NCBI GenBank assembly: GCA_965240325.2
Contig: OZ251234.1
Coordinates: forward strand, 1,612,001 to 1,676,000
Direction of reading: 5' to 3'
Origin: Rebecca billardiae RCC1528
Taxonomy: Eukaryota; Protista; Haptophyta
DNA length: 64,000 nucleotides
This document shows, in pieces, positions 46,977-60,371 of this stretch (position 1 is the first letter of the stretch; each line of letters opens with the position of its first letter). Position numbers and translations under genes: made by a program. The notes beneath the pieces are model-generated. The model made no database searches. It saw nothing but the letters and a program-made list of their open reading frames with translations, and was not told the DNA's origin.

Positions 46977-48962
46977 CGGGCGCACGGCCGCCATCGTCAT
47001 CATCAGGCGTCGTCACGGCGACCTGGGCACGGTCGCGCCAGTAACTGCTCGTGTGTAGTCAATAGAATATCTGCTGCTAGCTATAACTAACTATAGTGAG
47101 TCGTCGACCGTGTCCGTGGCATCTGCTGCTGATAGTGATAAGTATTGTCAGCACTGCCAATCCAGCTGTAAGTGTATGCAGCTGAAGAATCGTCTGAGTT
47201 GACCCCCGGCGGGCTCTGGCTTCGGAACTCGCTTCGCGCGGATTGACAGCAGCACTGATGATGACACTCTTTCTGCTAGCAGTTTCTTCGCCTTATTATT
47301 ATTCGCGGTTGCATGACCCCTGCCAGAGACGGGCACTATCGTGAGCTCATCCTTCATGAATAAGTCACTCGTAGTGAAAACTGCACAGGACTCGGACCGC
47401 TCAATAGATGAATTATTGAATAGATGCCTTTAGATGATGACTTTCACTTCAGAGCGACATTGGGCCAACAAGCACGTTTCTTCTATAGTTCAGACTCTAT
47501 TTTTTACTATATGTATTTGCCCATTTCAGACACTGGTCAGAACACGGTCCGGGAGCGATCCGGATGCACCCGTAGCTATTGGGAATATGTCACCGGACCG
47601 TAGGTAAATAGCTATGAAAAATAACTTAGTCTGATCAGTAGTCTATAGTCAGAAGTAGTCACAGACTGACGATTTTCACACCCTGTCCCTGGGCACGACT
47701 TATTATTGGCCATCCATAGCAACCCTACTTGGGGCCCTGTGGTACACTTCATTCGGGCGTTCATTCGGCCGCAGGAATGCGGAGATCATTTTCGGTACGC
47801 CCGGTTTCTATGACCGGACTGGCAGGGGTCAACCGGAGCCAGAGCCCCCGTAGACCATGCGAACCGTTGAACAGTGTATGAACATCAGTGTACTTGAACA
47901 CTCCGGGGCGGCGCGGCCGGCGCGCCGCGGCATACATAGTCTGAAATAATAGCAGTGCCCCGGAGCCCTCGGTCCCTGCCGCCTGCGCCGCCCCTGCGCG
48001 CCCCGCCCCCAGACCCAGTCACCAGTGGCAGTGCGCCGCCGCTGTAGCTGAAGTGTAGAGTGCTGTAATAACGACGGGACGAGCCCGACGACTCGCGGGC
48101 GGCCGCGGAGCCCGCGCGCGCGAACGGCTCGACCGGACTGTCCGGAGTCGGACTCGACGAGATGTGCTCGCGGTGCGGTCTGCTCGGATGTGTATGTCCA
48201 TCAAGGAGGCAGCGCTGAGTCGTGGCCGCCGCCTAGTTATACGGCGTCTCAGCTACTCACGCTATAGGGCAGCAGATCCGCAGATCAAGATGCTACTTAG
48301 CTAGCTAGTGCGCACGGCAGACCTGTACGGCTATAGCGCACTCGTAGCGCAGGCGGCGGGCTCCGCGCCTCGGCCCCGCCACGGCGCCACGGGGCCCCAG
48401 GCTGCGCCGCGGCCGCTGCGCCAGCTGACCGGACGAACTATAATAATAATTTCTATAAAGATCGAGACGATTAGACTTAGAGTCGTCTGACAGATAGACT
48501 AATATATATATATAGGCTCACTGTTAACAGTACAGCAACCGTAGCTCGTCGATCATATTCACTCAACGTCCGTCCGTCCGGCGCGGACCCGATGACCGCG
48601 GGTAATTCGCGTATATACTCTCGTTACTCGTAGCCTGTCGCTGATCCTGAGCGTCGTTCAAAGCCGACAGGACGGCAAGGATGTCCAGGATCAGGATTGC
48701 GGCCCGCCGGGCGGCTGCCTTCGGCTTCGGATGCCGCGCACCCTGTGAGTGTGTGCTCCACGCACGGCTCTGCCGGGCAGAAAATGCCGGCGCCTTCCCA
48801 CCCGACGAGATCGTCGCGAGAATCCGGTACGATGACCTCGGAGCAGGCGGCGCCGACCGTGACCGTCGGGGCCGCGGCGTGCAGCGCGCTCTCGTGTCGC
48901 AGCGCACCGCTGGCGCGGCGCGGCGCCGATGCCCCGCCGCGTGCGCCGAGGCCACGCGGTGT

Positions 48963-51900
48963 CTAGAAGCCAGGCGGGAAGTTGCTCACCTCCGCCATCT
49001 CGGTGTGCTTCGTGCCGTCGATGGTGCAGTCCACCTTGACCCGCATGACGAGCGGCTTCTGCCCGTGCATCGAGTTGGCGAGCTTGAGGCTCTGCGTGAC
49101 CGAGCCGCCGTTCGAGGGCGGCACCGTCGAGCCCGAGGCCGGCTGCATCATCATCTTCATGTATTTGGGCACGGCCGCCTGGAAGGTGAGCTCGGTGATC
49201 GGCGAGGCCAGCGAGTTGGTGAAGGTCGCCTCGACCGCGGTCACGCTCGGGTTGGCCGCGTCCTTGGACGCGGCGAAACGGATGGTCAGCCCGTGCTTCT
49301 CGAAGGCGACGAAGGTCGCCGGCCCTGCGCAGGGACGGGGAGGGCGGTGCGGTCGGGCGGCGTGCCGCACGCGCGGTGAGGCGGCGCGCCGACCGGCGCG
49401 GCAGGCGCGCGCGGCGCGGCGCGGCGTGGCGCGCGGCGCACGCGCGAGCGCGGCGGCGCGGGGCGGCGCGGCGCGTCGCGGGCGCGCACCGCTCGGCGCG
49501 GCGGGCGTCGGCGCCAGCCCCGGCATCGCGCCCATGGCGGCGAGCGGGTTCGGCTGCGGCGCCCCTCCCATTCCCATCGCGGGCACCGCGGGCGACGGTG
49601 TGGGCGCGGGCGCCGCGGGCGTCGAGTCGCCCAGCAGGTCCATCAGCATGTCTGCTGCGCCAGCGCCGCCGCCCCCGCCGCCGCCGCCGCCGCCCGGCGC
49701 GGCCGCCGGCATCGCAAGGCCGCCCATGCCAGGCTGTGCCTGCGGCGCGCCGCCCGCGGGCGCGGAGGGCGCTCCCATGTCGACCCCGCCGAGAATGTCT
49801 GCAAGCAGGTCCACCTCGCCACCCGCGGGCTTTGGCGGCGCCGCCGCCATCGCGCCGCCGCCACCGCCGCCGCCGCCGCCACGGCCATTTGCTGCGCCCG
49901 CGCCGCGCGCCGCGAGCGGGTCTGCCGCCTTTTGCTTTTTCTCGAGGGCCGGCATGCGCTCGAGCACGCCCTGTCGGATCGAGTCCCACTGGAAGAGGGA
50001 GGAGTACTCGACCGAGCGCTGCTGCATCTCGAGCGCGATCGACGAGCGGTACGGCGCCATCAGCTCGCGCACGCGCGCCTGCACCTCGACGTGCGAGCTG
50101 AATCGAGCGGCGCACTTGACGAGCGCGTTCAGAACGTACTCCTTCGAGGTGATGGTCGAGGTGACGGAGCGGAGCACCGACTCGAGCAGGTCGAGCGCCT
50201 GCGTGGGCGTGAGCGGCTCGCCGCCGTCCGACGCGTCGCCGATCGTGTCCGCGTACTCGCCGATGCACCACACGCCCACCTGCACGAGTGTTTGCTGCGG
50301 AGCGCGGCGCGCGCGCGGTCGCGCGGCGCGGCAGGCAAGGGCCCGGGGCCGCCGCGCGCAGGCGTGCGCGCACGAGGTCAGCCAGACGACGCGCGCACGC
50401 GGGCACGCGGGCGGCGTGCGTGCATGCGCGCGCATGCGCGTGCGCGTGCGTGCATGTGCGCGCGTGCGTGCGCGTGCGCGTGCGCGTGCGTGCGCGTGCG
50501 CGCAGCCCGCCCGCACGCCCGCACGCACCGCGACTGCGTGGAGGTTGCCCTTGAGCGCGCCGTGCAGCTTGCGCGTCGTGTACGACTGGATCTCGGGCGA
50601 CTTGGAGATGAGCGAGATGAGCGAGGACGCGAGGTCGTCCGACACGTAAGCGCTCGACTGTCCACGCCGACGCGGCCGACGCGACGCGCGGCGCGGCCGG
50701 CCGAGGCGGCCGAGGCGGGTGCCCGCAGGTGTGGGCGAGAGAGTGCGCATGTGATCGTCGGTGCCGGCGCGGCGCGCGGCGCGCGGCGCGCGCCCTCCGA
50801 GCGGCGGCGCGGCCCGGCCGCCCGAACCGCGCGCGCGCGGCGCACCATGGTGAGCGTCTTGATGATGGTGTCCACGCGCCACTGCTTGTCCGGCGCGAAC
50901 TGGTCCACCACGTGGCAGATCTTCGTGACCAAGTCCTCCTTGAACTCCGACTCGACCGTCGAGAGGTAGCTCAGCATCTCCGCGACGAGCGGCTCGATGT
51001 TGGACTCGTTGACGAGGACGTAGATGAGCTCGAGGGCCCTCCTGCGCAGCGAGACGTCGGGGTCCTTGAGGCACTCCACGATCGTCGCGCGGTGCCGCTG
51101 CACCGCGTTCACGTCCGAGCCCACCACCGTCACCAGCGTGTTGAGCGCAACGTAACGGATGTTGTTGTCTCGGTTGCCGAGGAAGCGCCCAAGGATGTTG
51201 ATCGCGAGCACGCGCAGCCCGGACTCGGCCTCGATCGCGACGATGGTGAGCACGCACTCGTAGAGGATCGCGTTGCCCACGTTCTTCGACGACTCCGTGT
51301 TCGTCGCGACCTGCGCGAGGATGTCGTTCATCTGGTCCGAGCACTCGGCCGAGTCGGTGCCGAGCACGCGCAGCAGCCGAAGCAGCGCGACCTGCAGGAA
51401 CGGGTCGGTGATGCCGTTGATGTCGTGCTCGGGCGCGTAGCCCGAGAGGACGAGGTTCTTCAGGATGCGCACGAGCGTGGGCACCTGCTTGCGCAGCGGC
51501 TCGATCGTCGTCGCGTCGATCTGCGTCAGCTCGAACATGAGCTTCACGCCCGTGAGCAACACGCCGTGGTTGCGGTCGGACAGGATCGACGCGACTTTGT
51601 CGACGTAGTTCTCGGCGAGCTCGGGGTTCTTCTGCAGGATGCGCACGGCGCAGAGGCACGCCTTCTTGCGCACGTACGGGTTCGAGTTGCCCAGCAGCGT
51701 CTCGATCTCGGGCGAGAGGTCGCGGCAGATCTCCGCCGTCGCGATGTTGGCGAGCGAGCACATGGCCAGCCCGGCAATGTACTGGTTCTGGTTGTGCAGG
51801 TCCCTGCGCGGCCGCGCGGCGGCGGGCGCGGCGGCGGAGGGTGGTGGCGGCGGTGCGCGCGTGAGCGAGGCGCGTGGGCAGTCGCCACGACGCGCGGCGG

Positions 51901-52492
51901 CCCGGCCGCGCGCGCGCGCGCGCGCGTGCGCGGCGCGCTGCCAGGGCGGCGGCGGCGCTGGGCGGCGGGCGGCAACGACGCGTCCACGCGGCGCGGTGCC
52001 GCACATTTTGAGCGAGTTCTCGACCAGCATGAGGACCTCCTGCCGCTCGTCGAGCAGGATCATCAGCCCCAAGTAGCCCACGCGCTTCTCGGGGAACTTG
52101 GTGCCCGCGACGAGCTTGAGGCACTCCATCTGCCCCCAGTGCGTCGGGTAGCCGAGCATGTGGATGAAAAGCAGCTTCGCGACATTGCGGTGGCGCAGCT
52201 CGTTGTTCTCCTCCTTGAAGGCTGTGCGGATGGCGGCGCACTCCTTATGGATGCACGCGCGCTCGTCGGCCTGCGTCTTACACGCGCGCACGTTGCGGAT
52301 GAGCTCCCTGCGCAGCGCGCGGCGAGCCCAGCCAATCCATGGCCGCAAAGAGCGACATCGCGCGAGACGCGGGGCCGAGCGCGGCGCGATCCGGCGTGTG
52401 CGGGCGCGAGTGAGCGGAGAGGTCTGGTGCGCCTCACCAAAAGGCCCTCGCGCGCCGCGCCAGGCGCCCACGCACCGCAGACGGATAGACAT
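48963..52492 (-). CDS. AP1G1: AP-1 complex gamma adaptin, 6 exons
   Basis: MSIRLRELIRNVRACKT..DER, HMLGYPTHWGQMECLKL, EKRVGYLG, DPFLQV, NNIRYVALN, C-terminal gamma-ear FQAAVPKY. Five GT-AG introns join the reading frames. Confidence 0.96.
50395..50505. repeat. Intronic alternating purine-pyrimidine (GCGT/GCGCGT)n repeat
   Basis: gcgtgcgtgcatgcgcgcgcatgcgcgtgcgcgtgcgtgcatgtgcgcgcgtgcgtgcgcgtgcgcg within an AP1G intron. Confidence 0.85.
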
Positions 52493-52718
52493 TGGTACCC
52501 GCCGCCGCCGCCACGGCGCCGCGCCGCCTCGAGAGAGAGTTGGCGAGAGCCGAGCAGCCACAGCGATGGTCACTTGCCAGCGGCCGGACTCAGCGCGGAT
52601 GGCCCCACTTTCCGGACGCTCACAACCCCGCATCCGGGTAAGCGAGTTGGCCGCTTAGGGTGCTCATGGAGGGCACGGCCAGGCGGTTCACTTGATCGCG
52701 CCGCGAGCGTTAGCGTGC

Positions 52719-55086
52719 ATGCCCCAAGGCGGGGGGCGAGTCAGCGTGCGCCCACCGATGGAAGCGCCGCGCCCCGCGGCCGACGCCGAGAAGAGCAGCG
52801 TCCCGTCCGCCGCGCCGCCCGCGCCGATCAGCGCGTGGCAGGGCGCCACGCCCGCCGCCGCCGAGCAGCCGCTCGCGCGAGCGGGCAGCCTCTCGCACAA
52901 GTCCCTCTCGGTGAACGTGGGCAAGGCGGGCTCGAGGGCGCTGGCGGAGGCGCAGACGCCACCGGGCGAGACGCGGCGCATCGTCTCCTTCCGCAGCTCG
53001 AACCACTCGAGCCCCGAGCCGCGCACGCACAGCCCGGGCCAGGAGCGGCCGGAGCGCACGCCGCGCGCGCCGGCCGGCGAGTCGGGCAGCAGCAAGCTCG
53101 CGCGCTGGCTCGCGCAGAAGCGCGCGGCGCGGGAGAACTCGCACGACTGGCACCAGCGCCACGCCAAGCACATCTTCACGCTCAACGTCGGCCTGCGCCT
53201 GTGGAACCGGTGGGCGTCGCTGCTCTCGGCTCTCGGGCTGCTCGCGCAGCTCATTGAGATCGAGTGCTCGATCTTCAATTACGAGGGGTGCAACCAGGCG
53301 GCGCGCACGGCGCTCAAGGCGGTGTGCTCGGCGTTCACGCTCGGCGCGGCGATCTGCCTCACCCAGTTCCACGTCGTGCGCATGCGCTGGCTGCGCGCGC
53401 GCGGCGCGCTCGGCCCGCGCGCCAACTTCCTCTCGTGGCGCGTGCTCAGGCCGTACCTGCTGGAGCTGCTCGTGCTGCTCGTGCACGCGCTGCCGGGCGT
53501 GGACATCTGGGTGGAGCTGAAGGAGGAGCTGCGCGTGCGCCGCTACCCGCTCGACGTCTTCTTCGCCGCGGCGATGCTCATCGGCCGCGCCGCCATCTTC
53601 CTGCCGCGGTACGTCTGGTTCCAGTCGTTGGTGTACAGCCTCGAAGCGTGGGTGCTGGCGGGCGTGGTCGGCGTCGACGTCACGCCGTGGTTCGCGTTCA
53701 AGGTGATGATCTACCTCGCGCCCTTCCAGTTCGTGAGCGCGGGGCTGCTCTTCACGCTGCTCGTCACCGCGTGGGGCGTGCGCGCCTTCGAGCAGTCCGA
53801 CGACACCGACTTTTGTGCGCGCGCGCGCTCGCGCCTTTGTCGGCCCGCGCCGAGCGCGCGCGCCGCAGCGCGCTCGAGCGCCGCGCGCCGCGTGGCAGCG
53901 CGCAGCGCGCCCGCCGCGCGCGCCCCGCTGACGCACGCGCCGCCCTGCCGGGCTGCGCCCGCGCCCCCGCGTCGGCGGCGGCGCCGCGCGCACAGTCGTC
54001 TCCGCCGTGTACTACTCCGTGTACACCGTGCTCGGCGGCAACTACGCGGCGGTCACGCGCGTTGGTCAGGTGTTCACAGTCGCGGGCGGGCTGTCGGGTG
54101 TGTGTCTGGTGTCTCTGCTCACCGCGGCGCTGATCCAGCAGCTCGAGCTCGAGCCGGCGGAGGAGCGGATCGTGGACGCGGTGGTGGGCAACTCGATCCG
54201 CAAGGACATGCTGCACGCGCAGATCTCGCTCATCCAGTGGTCGTGGCGCCGCCACTTTGTGCAGCGGCTTGAGCTTGAACCGGAGCTGCGCGCGCGCTGG
54301 GCGATCATCGAAGCCTCGGCCATGCCGCCGGGGATGCAGCCGCGCGCGTTCCTCGGCCGCCGGCTGCCGTCGGCGCGCTCGACGCTGAGCATGGCGCAGG
54401 CGGTGACGCTGAGCCCGAAGAAGCGCTCCTCCTCCAAGCGCACCACGCGCGCCTCCGTCTCCTCCGCCGCGGTGCGCGGCGTGACGCAGGGCATGGACAC
54501 CTACGCTTTCATGCGGCTGCCGCTGTCCGCCAAGGATGTGCAGGCGACGCGCTACTACACGTTCTATCTGGGCGAGTTCCGCCGGCTGCGGCGCACGCTG
54601 AAGGGGATGCACACGACGCGCGGCGGGCTGGGCGGCGGCGGCGAGGCGCTGCCGCTGCGCCCCGCTGCGGCGCGCGACGGCCGCGACGCCGAGCTGGATA
54701 CGCTGCGCGCCGAGCTGGCCACCGTTGTCGCGTCCGTGCACCAGCTGAGCACGGATTTGCATGTCGCGCTCAAGATGATCGGCAGGCAGTCGAAGGCGCT
54801 GACGAGGGCGCTGGGCGTGGACGACGCGACGGTGGAGGAGTCGCTGCAGCGCGCCGCGCCGATCCGCCGCGCGTACCACGCGCAGCGCTCGCCGCGCCCG
54901 TCGCACGAGGCGGGCGGCGCGCCTGCCGCGCCCGCCGCTGACGCCCCCGCGCCGCCGGGTGCGGTGCGCAGCAGCGCCGACGGCGCGGCGGGCCCCGGCC
55001 CAAGCCGCCAACGTGGTCGGGGCTCGCACGCCGCCGGCGAGCGTGGCTCGGCGTCGTCTGCGCGCAGTGTCGAATCGCTCAGATAG
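52719..55086 (+). CDS. SK/KCNN-like (small-conductance Ca-activated K channel-like) protein with non-canonical pore loop
   Basis: SK-like helices (ASLLSALGLLAQLIEIE; LKAVCSAFTL; LLELLVLLVH; WFAFKVMI; LVTAWGVRAFE; GVCLVSLLTAALIQQLEL..AE). Intron 53815-53995 restores the frame. C-terminal coiled coil. Confidence 0.82.
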
Positions 55087-55258
55087 GGGCTGGCCCGCCG
55101 GCAACAGCAGCTAGACACTCCGCAGCCGGGTTCGTCAAGTTAGTTCGCAGTGGCCTCTTCCGCGTGCACCTGGCCAGTCTGGCAGCTTCGCGAAAAAGTA
55201 CCGGGCGGGCGGAGCCACCGGACGTCAAGTCAAGCCTTCCGCCGCCCGCGCGCGTCCA

Positions 55259-58200
55259 ATGGACGACGAGTTTGCCGCGCTCACGCGGCGCCTGGGCGCC
55301 TCGACGGATCCGTACGAGCAGGGCGAGGTGGCGAACGCGGTGTACGACGCGTGGTTCAAGCGCGCCGCCGCGTACGCCAAATCCGTCGGCAGTGCCGCGC
55401 AGCTCGGCCCGCGCGACGCGGTCCGTGAGATAGCGGCCGCCACGCGCGCGGCGCTCAGCGTGCTCTCGGGCGGCGACGCGGAGCCGAGCGTGCTGCTCGA
55501 GGCGGACGACTTCGTCGCGAACTCGCTCCTCGAGGCCTTCGCCAAGGTGCTCTCCCTGCTGCGCACCAAGCCCAAGTTCTTGCACGTGAGCGCGAGCGCG
55601 GACGGCGCCCCGCTGACGGACTGGCTCGAGGGCGCAGCGCTGCGCCGGCTGGAGGGCGTGGCGTACGCACCGCACGCGCGCTCGACGAATCGGACGGCTG
55701 CGCTGCGCGCGCTCGTCCCGCTCCTCGAGCTCGGCGCGGCCGTGCGCGAGCAGCGCGCGGCGGGCGCGGCGGGCGCGGCGGGCGCGGCGCTGGCCGCCAG
55801 CTCGGCGCGCGGCATCGACCTTCGACTCGAGCCGCTGGTGGCGCTCGCGCTGGGCGCGTCGAGCGAGTACATGCTCGTGCAGGCGGCGCTCGAGCTGCTC
55901 CGCGCGCACGCGCGCCTCCTCGACGCCGCGCCCGCCGGCGCGGACGCCTCCGCGCGCGAGCGACTGCTGACGCTCGTCGCGCGTGCTCTCACGCCCACTG
56001 ACGACGCTGGCGGTGTGCTGCGCCTCTTCTGGTCGCTGCGCGCGCTCGAGTCGGAGGCGGCGGTGCGCGAGCTGGTCGCGCGGCTCGACGCCGAGCGCGG
56101 GCCGTCCGCCGCCAACTCCGCCGCCAACTCCGCCGAGCTCGCGCAGATTGCCGGCACGCGAGCGCTCGATGGGTCGCGCGGCGCGCCCGCGCCGCGCTCG
56201 CTCGCGCGCGCCGTCCTCGAGTCTCTGAACGAGTACGCGCGCGACGTGGAGACGGAGCTGAGCGCGCGCGAGGCCGAGCGTACGCGCGCGCACCTGTGCC
56301 AGCTGCTCGACGTCTCGTGCGCGGCGGTCCATCGCCACGCCACGGGCACGGCGGCGGCGAGCGGCGGCGGCGGCGGCGGCTTGCTGGCCGCTGCGACGAG
56401 CGCCGCGCGCGCCGCGCTTGGCGGTGGCGCGCGCGGCTCGGAGGAGGGGCTGGGCGCGGAGTACGAGCACCCGGCCGTGGCGCTCGAGCTGCTTGACGCG
56501 CTGCTGCTCGCGACCGCCGGCTCGCCCGACGCCTGCGCGCCCTTCCTCGCGTGGGCGCTCGACGCGCGCGCGCGCACGCCCGGCACGCTCGGCTGCGTCT
56601 CAGGCGGGCCGGTGCGTTTGTACCGCGCGCGTGTGTGGCTGGAGCGGCTGCTGCCGTTCGTCGAGGCTCGGCTGGTGCGCATGTCGCTGCACGGCGTGTC
56701 GGGCGACCAGTCCGAGCAGGCCGTCGTCGACCTGCTCCACGACGGCGTGCGCGCGTGGTACTCGGGCCACGGCGGGACGGCAGGCTCGGCGTCCGCGGCC
56801 GCGCCGAGCGCCGCGCTCGGCGCGGCGCTGGTGCACGCGATGCTGGAGGCGATGCGCCGCGGGTACGTGGAGACGGAGCGCTTCCCGATGTACGCGGCGA
56901 TCGTGATCGGCGCGCACGCCTCGAGCGGCTCGCTCGCCTGGCTCGGCGCCGCGCTCTCCCCCGAGGTCTGCCACACGCACAAGGTGACGCGTGCGGTGAC
57001 TGAGGTGGCGCTTCGACTGCTCGGCGCGAGCGTCGTCGGCGACGTTGACGACTCGCGCGTCGGCGTGGTGAGCGCGGCGCAGCGGGCGGAGGTGCTGCGC
57101 GTGGTCGCGACGGCGGGCTCGGCCGCCGGCTTCGCCACGCTCGCGCAGCTCGCCAAGGCCGACGCCGCCCTCCTCCTCGGCATCGACGGCGGGCTGCAAG
57201 TGGCCGTCGCGGGCGCTGACGCGCGGCTGCGCGCGATGGCTAAGGTGCAGCAGCGCTGGACGGCTGAGCTCGACGCGATGAGCGACTTCTTCACGGCGCT
57301 CGCGCCGCACGCGTCGGCGGAGGACGCGGTCACGCTGCTCGACGCGTGGCTCCGCGCCGCCGCCGTCGCCCTCCGCGCCCCCGACGACGACGTCTTCGCT
57401 TCGCTGCTGCAGCGCGCGCCCACCGCCGCGCCGCCGCCGCTTGCCCTTGCGGTCGAGGCACTGCGCGTGTGCGGCGAGCACACGCGCTGCGCGATCGCCG
57501 CGCTGTACCCGACGCTCTGCCTCGCGGACTCGAGCTCGACCGTGCGCGCCGCCGCCCTCTCCGCCCTCGCCGGCTTCCCCGCCCTCGTCCAGCAGCACGC
57601 GGTGCGCGCACGCCGCGGCCGAGCGCGCGCGTGGCGCGAGCGCACCGCCGCGCGCGTGCGCGCGCGCGCCGCGCTGCACACAACCCCGTCGGCGCCCCGC
57701 GCCACGCGGCGGCGTGCGCGTGCGAGCTCATCTGCCTGCCTCTCCTTCTCTCTGTGCGTGCGCGCGCGCGCGCGCGCGTACGCCGGCGCGTGTGCCGCGC
57801 GCAGGCGCTTGTCCTCAGCGCGACCGAGACGCCGAGCTCGCGCGCGCGCGACTGGTCCGGCTGTCCCCGCGAGTGTCGGCTTGACGAGCTTGAACTGGCA
57901 CTCGCCGGCGCGCCGTCGCTCGGTTTGCTGGGGGCGACGCACGCGGCGGCGCTGCCGGCCGCGCTCTCGCGCCTCGCGTCGTACGTCGCGCTCACCGCGC
58001 TCAACGACGCGCAGAGCGCGCCGGCCGACGTCGTGCTCGACGCCCTGCGCCGCGTCGCGTGCGAAGCCGACCCCGCTGCTTTGGGCGAGCACCTTCGCAC
58101 CGCCGCGGGCGCGAGGGACCTTGGTGAGATCGGCCGAGGGCTGGCTGAGTGGCCTGCGCTCGCGCGCGCGCGCGCCGCGGCCGCGGCCGAGCACGCGCGC

Positions 58201-59447
58201 ACCACGCAGCCGCTGCTGGCGCACAGCACGCCCGTCGCGCTCGGCACGCCTGTCGCCATCGCCGCCCCGCTCGGCCGCGCGGCCGAGCCGGCCGCGCCGA
58301 GCGCCGCCGCCAAGGCGCAGGTGACCTCTGCGGGCACGGCCTCCGCGGCCGCCGAGCCGGCGCTCAAGCAGCGGCCGGCCGTGGCTTCCAGCGCGCCCGC
58401 GCTCGCGGCGAGCGCGGGCGCGCGCGGCGCGCCGGCGGACGAGCGCGCGCGGTCGCTTCTCGATGAGGCGCGCGCGTTCGCGCAGGCCGGGCAGCCCGTG
58501 GCGGCGATGCGGTCGTGTGCGCGCGCGCGCGCCACCGACGCCTCCGCCTTCGCGCTCGGCGGCGGCGCCGAGCTCGTGAGCGGCACCGTGCTCCCAGCGC
58601 TCCGCGACACGTGCCTGCCAGCGCCCGCGCCCGCCGCGGCCGCCGCGAGCGCACGCGGGAAGCCCGGCACCGTCCCGGCCTACAGCGAATCTCAGCTGGC
58701 GAGATACGATGCGCACGTGTCTCTCTTGCGAGAGGCGCGGGCGCTCTTCCCGGCGGAGGCGGAGGCGGTGCTGCAGCCGGCGGCGCGGATGGCGGACCTC
58801 GCCGCGGCCGCGGTGGAGCACAAGCTCGCTCGGGGCGACGCGGCCGGCGCGCGGCTGTGGATGACCAAGAAGGGCGTGCACGCGCCCAGCCTTGCGGCGC
58901 GCGTGGCCGAGGCCGAGCGCGGCGCCGCGCCAGAGGCGGCGGCGCCTCGAGCCGCCGCACCCAACGCTGCCGCCGCGAGCGCCGCGAGCGCTCTTGCCTC
59001 GGCCGCGTCGGCGACCGCGCGCGCCGTGCGCAACGCCACGGCGGCGCGGCCGCGCGCGCAGGGCCCTCCGGAGTACGCGCAGCTGTCGTCGCTCGAGGAC
59101 ATGCTGCTCGCGCTGCCGCCTGTGCCGCCGGACGCGCCGGCCAGCGTCAGCGCGGGCCCTGCGCGCGCGAGCACGCGCGCGCCGAGCCGATGGTGCGCGC
59201 GCGCGCCGTGCTCCGCCGGCGCACGCGTCGTCACCGCCAATGCTGCGACTCGCACGCGACAAGCCCACAGCAGCGCTCACCCCTGCGCGCCCGCGCGCCG
59301 CCGCACTGTGCCCGCGACCCCAGGGCGGCTGTCGAGCCGGCTGCGCCCAGGGCGCAATTGCCACCGCTGAGCGCGGCGGCATTGCCACGGCGGCTTGAGC
59401 CCGGGGAGGAGTCGACGGACGCCGAGTCAGGCCCCCTGCTCGCCTGA
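55259..59447 (+). CDS. Hypothetical large alpha-helical (ARM/HEAT-like) protein, spliced
   Basis: Coding-like ORF from MDDEFAALTRRL. Intron ~57602-57804 (GT...GCAG) joins to ALVLSATETP. Last exon and stop uncertain (59398 or 59447). Confidence 0.6.
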
Positions 59448-60371
59448 TGAGGGCCCGCCATCACGGATGAGATATCTAACGTCGTGCCATGCAACGGGTA
59501 GGCGTCAGAGTATCATCAGCAAGCTGACTGAGAGTAGCAGATCGGTCAGCAGCCAATGGCCACTGATGCCAGCAGTGTGAGCCTGAGCGCGTACGAGCCC
59601 GAGGTCGAGGTGGCGCAGCTGCAGTGCTCGAGGTGATTGCGCACTGCGCGCTCGACCCCGCCGAGCCCGCCGCGTGCGCCACCGCACCGCGCCCTCGTGG
59701 CGGACGGCGGCGCCCGGCGTGACGGCGTCCGCCGCCGGGCCGTGTGGGCGATGGCGCGCGGCGCGTGACCCGACGTACGCGGCGGCGCTCGGCCGTGCGG
59801 GCGCGCTCGCGCGGCTATGGGACTCGCTCGAGGGGGCGCTGTGCGCACTCGCCGCGCCGCCCCTGCCCGCCGCCGCCGCAAGCCGCAAGCCGCTCGCGCG
59901 CCGCGGCCGCGGCCGAGACGGGCGGCGGCGGCGCGGCGCGCGCCGCGGAGGCGCCGCTGCTCGGCCGCCGCGCGCGGCGCCGAGCGGCTTCTGCCTTCTC
60001 ATGCAGTCGGGTCGGGCGCGGCGCTGTGGCTGCTCTGCGCGCAGCGCGGCTGCGCACACAACGCGCGTGCGAGCTCGCGTGCACCCCCAGCGCCGCCGCC
60101 CGGCTGTCGGATCTTATGGCGCGCCGCTCTGCCTCAGCTGCGTTGCCGTTAGTTACACTGAGCCGAGCACTTGGCAGTCGGCTGGCGCGCCAGAGTGACT
60201 CGGCTGCACCGGGCGCATGCACCGCCCGACCGTCCGACCGTGTCGTCACAAGCCGGCTGCTGCTCACAAGCTGCGTGATTCGTGAAGAACGCGACGACTA
60301 CTGTAGCCACTAGGGCCGTGCGCTCTCTTAAACTTCGTTGTTCACTACCCGAAGATCGGCGTAGCCGATCA

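Noticed and set aside
46980-48950. Gene or transposon in the AT-richer intergenic region
   Set aside because: Only short ORFs without motifs; no convincing TIR/TSD found by eye.
55225-59388. 1387-aa minus-strand ORF
   Set aside because: Antisense shadow of the + strand gene, whose introns are oriented on the + strand.
59505-60313. Small gene between the helical-repeat and ankyrin genes
   Set aside because: Several competing frames with no recognisable domain; strand and frame could not be decided.
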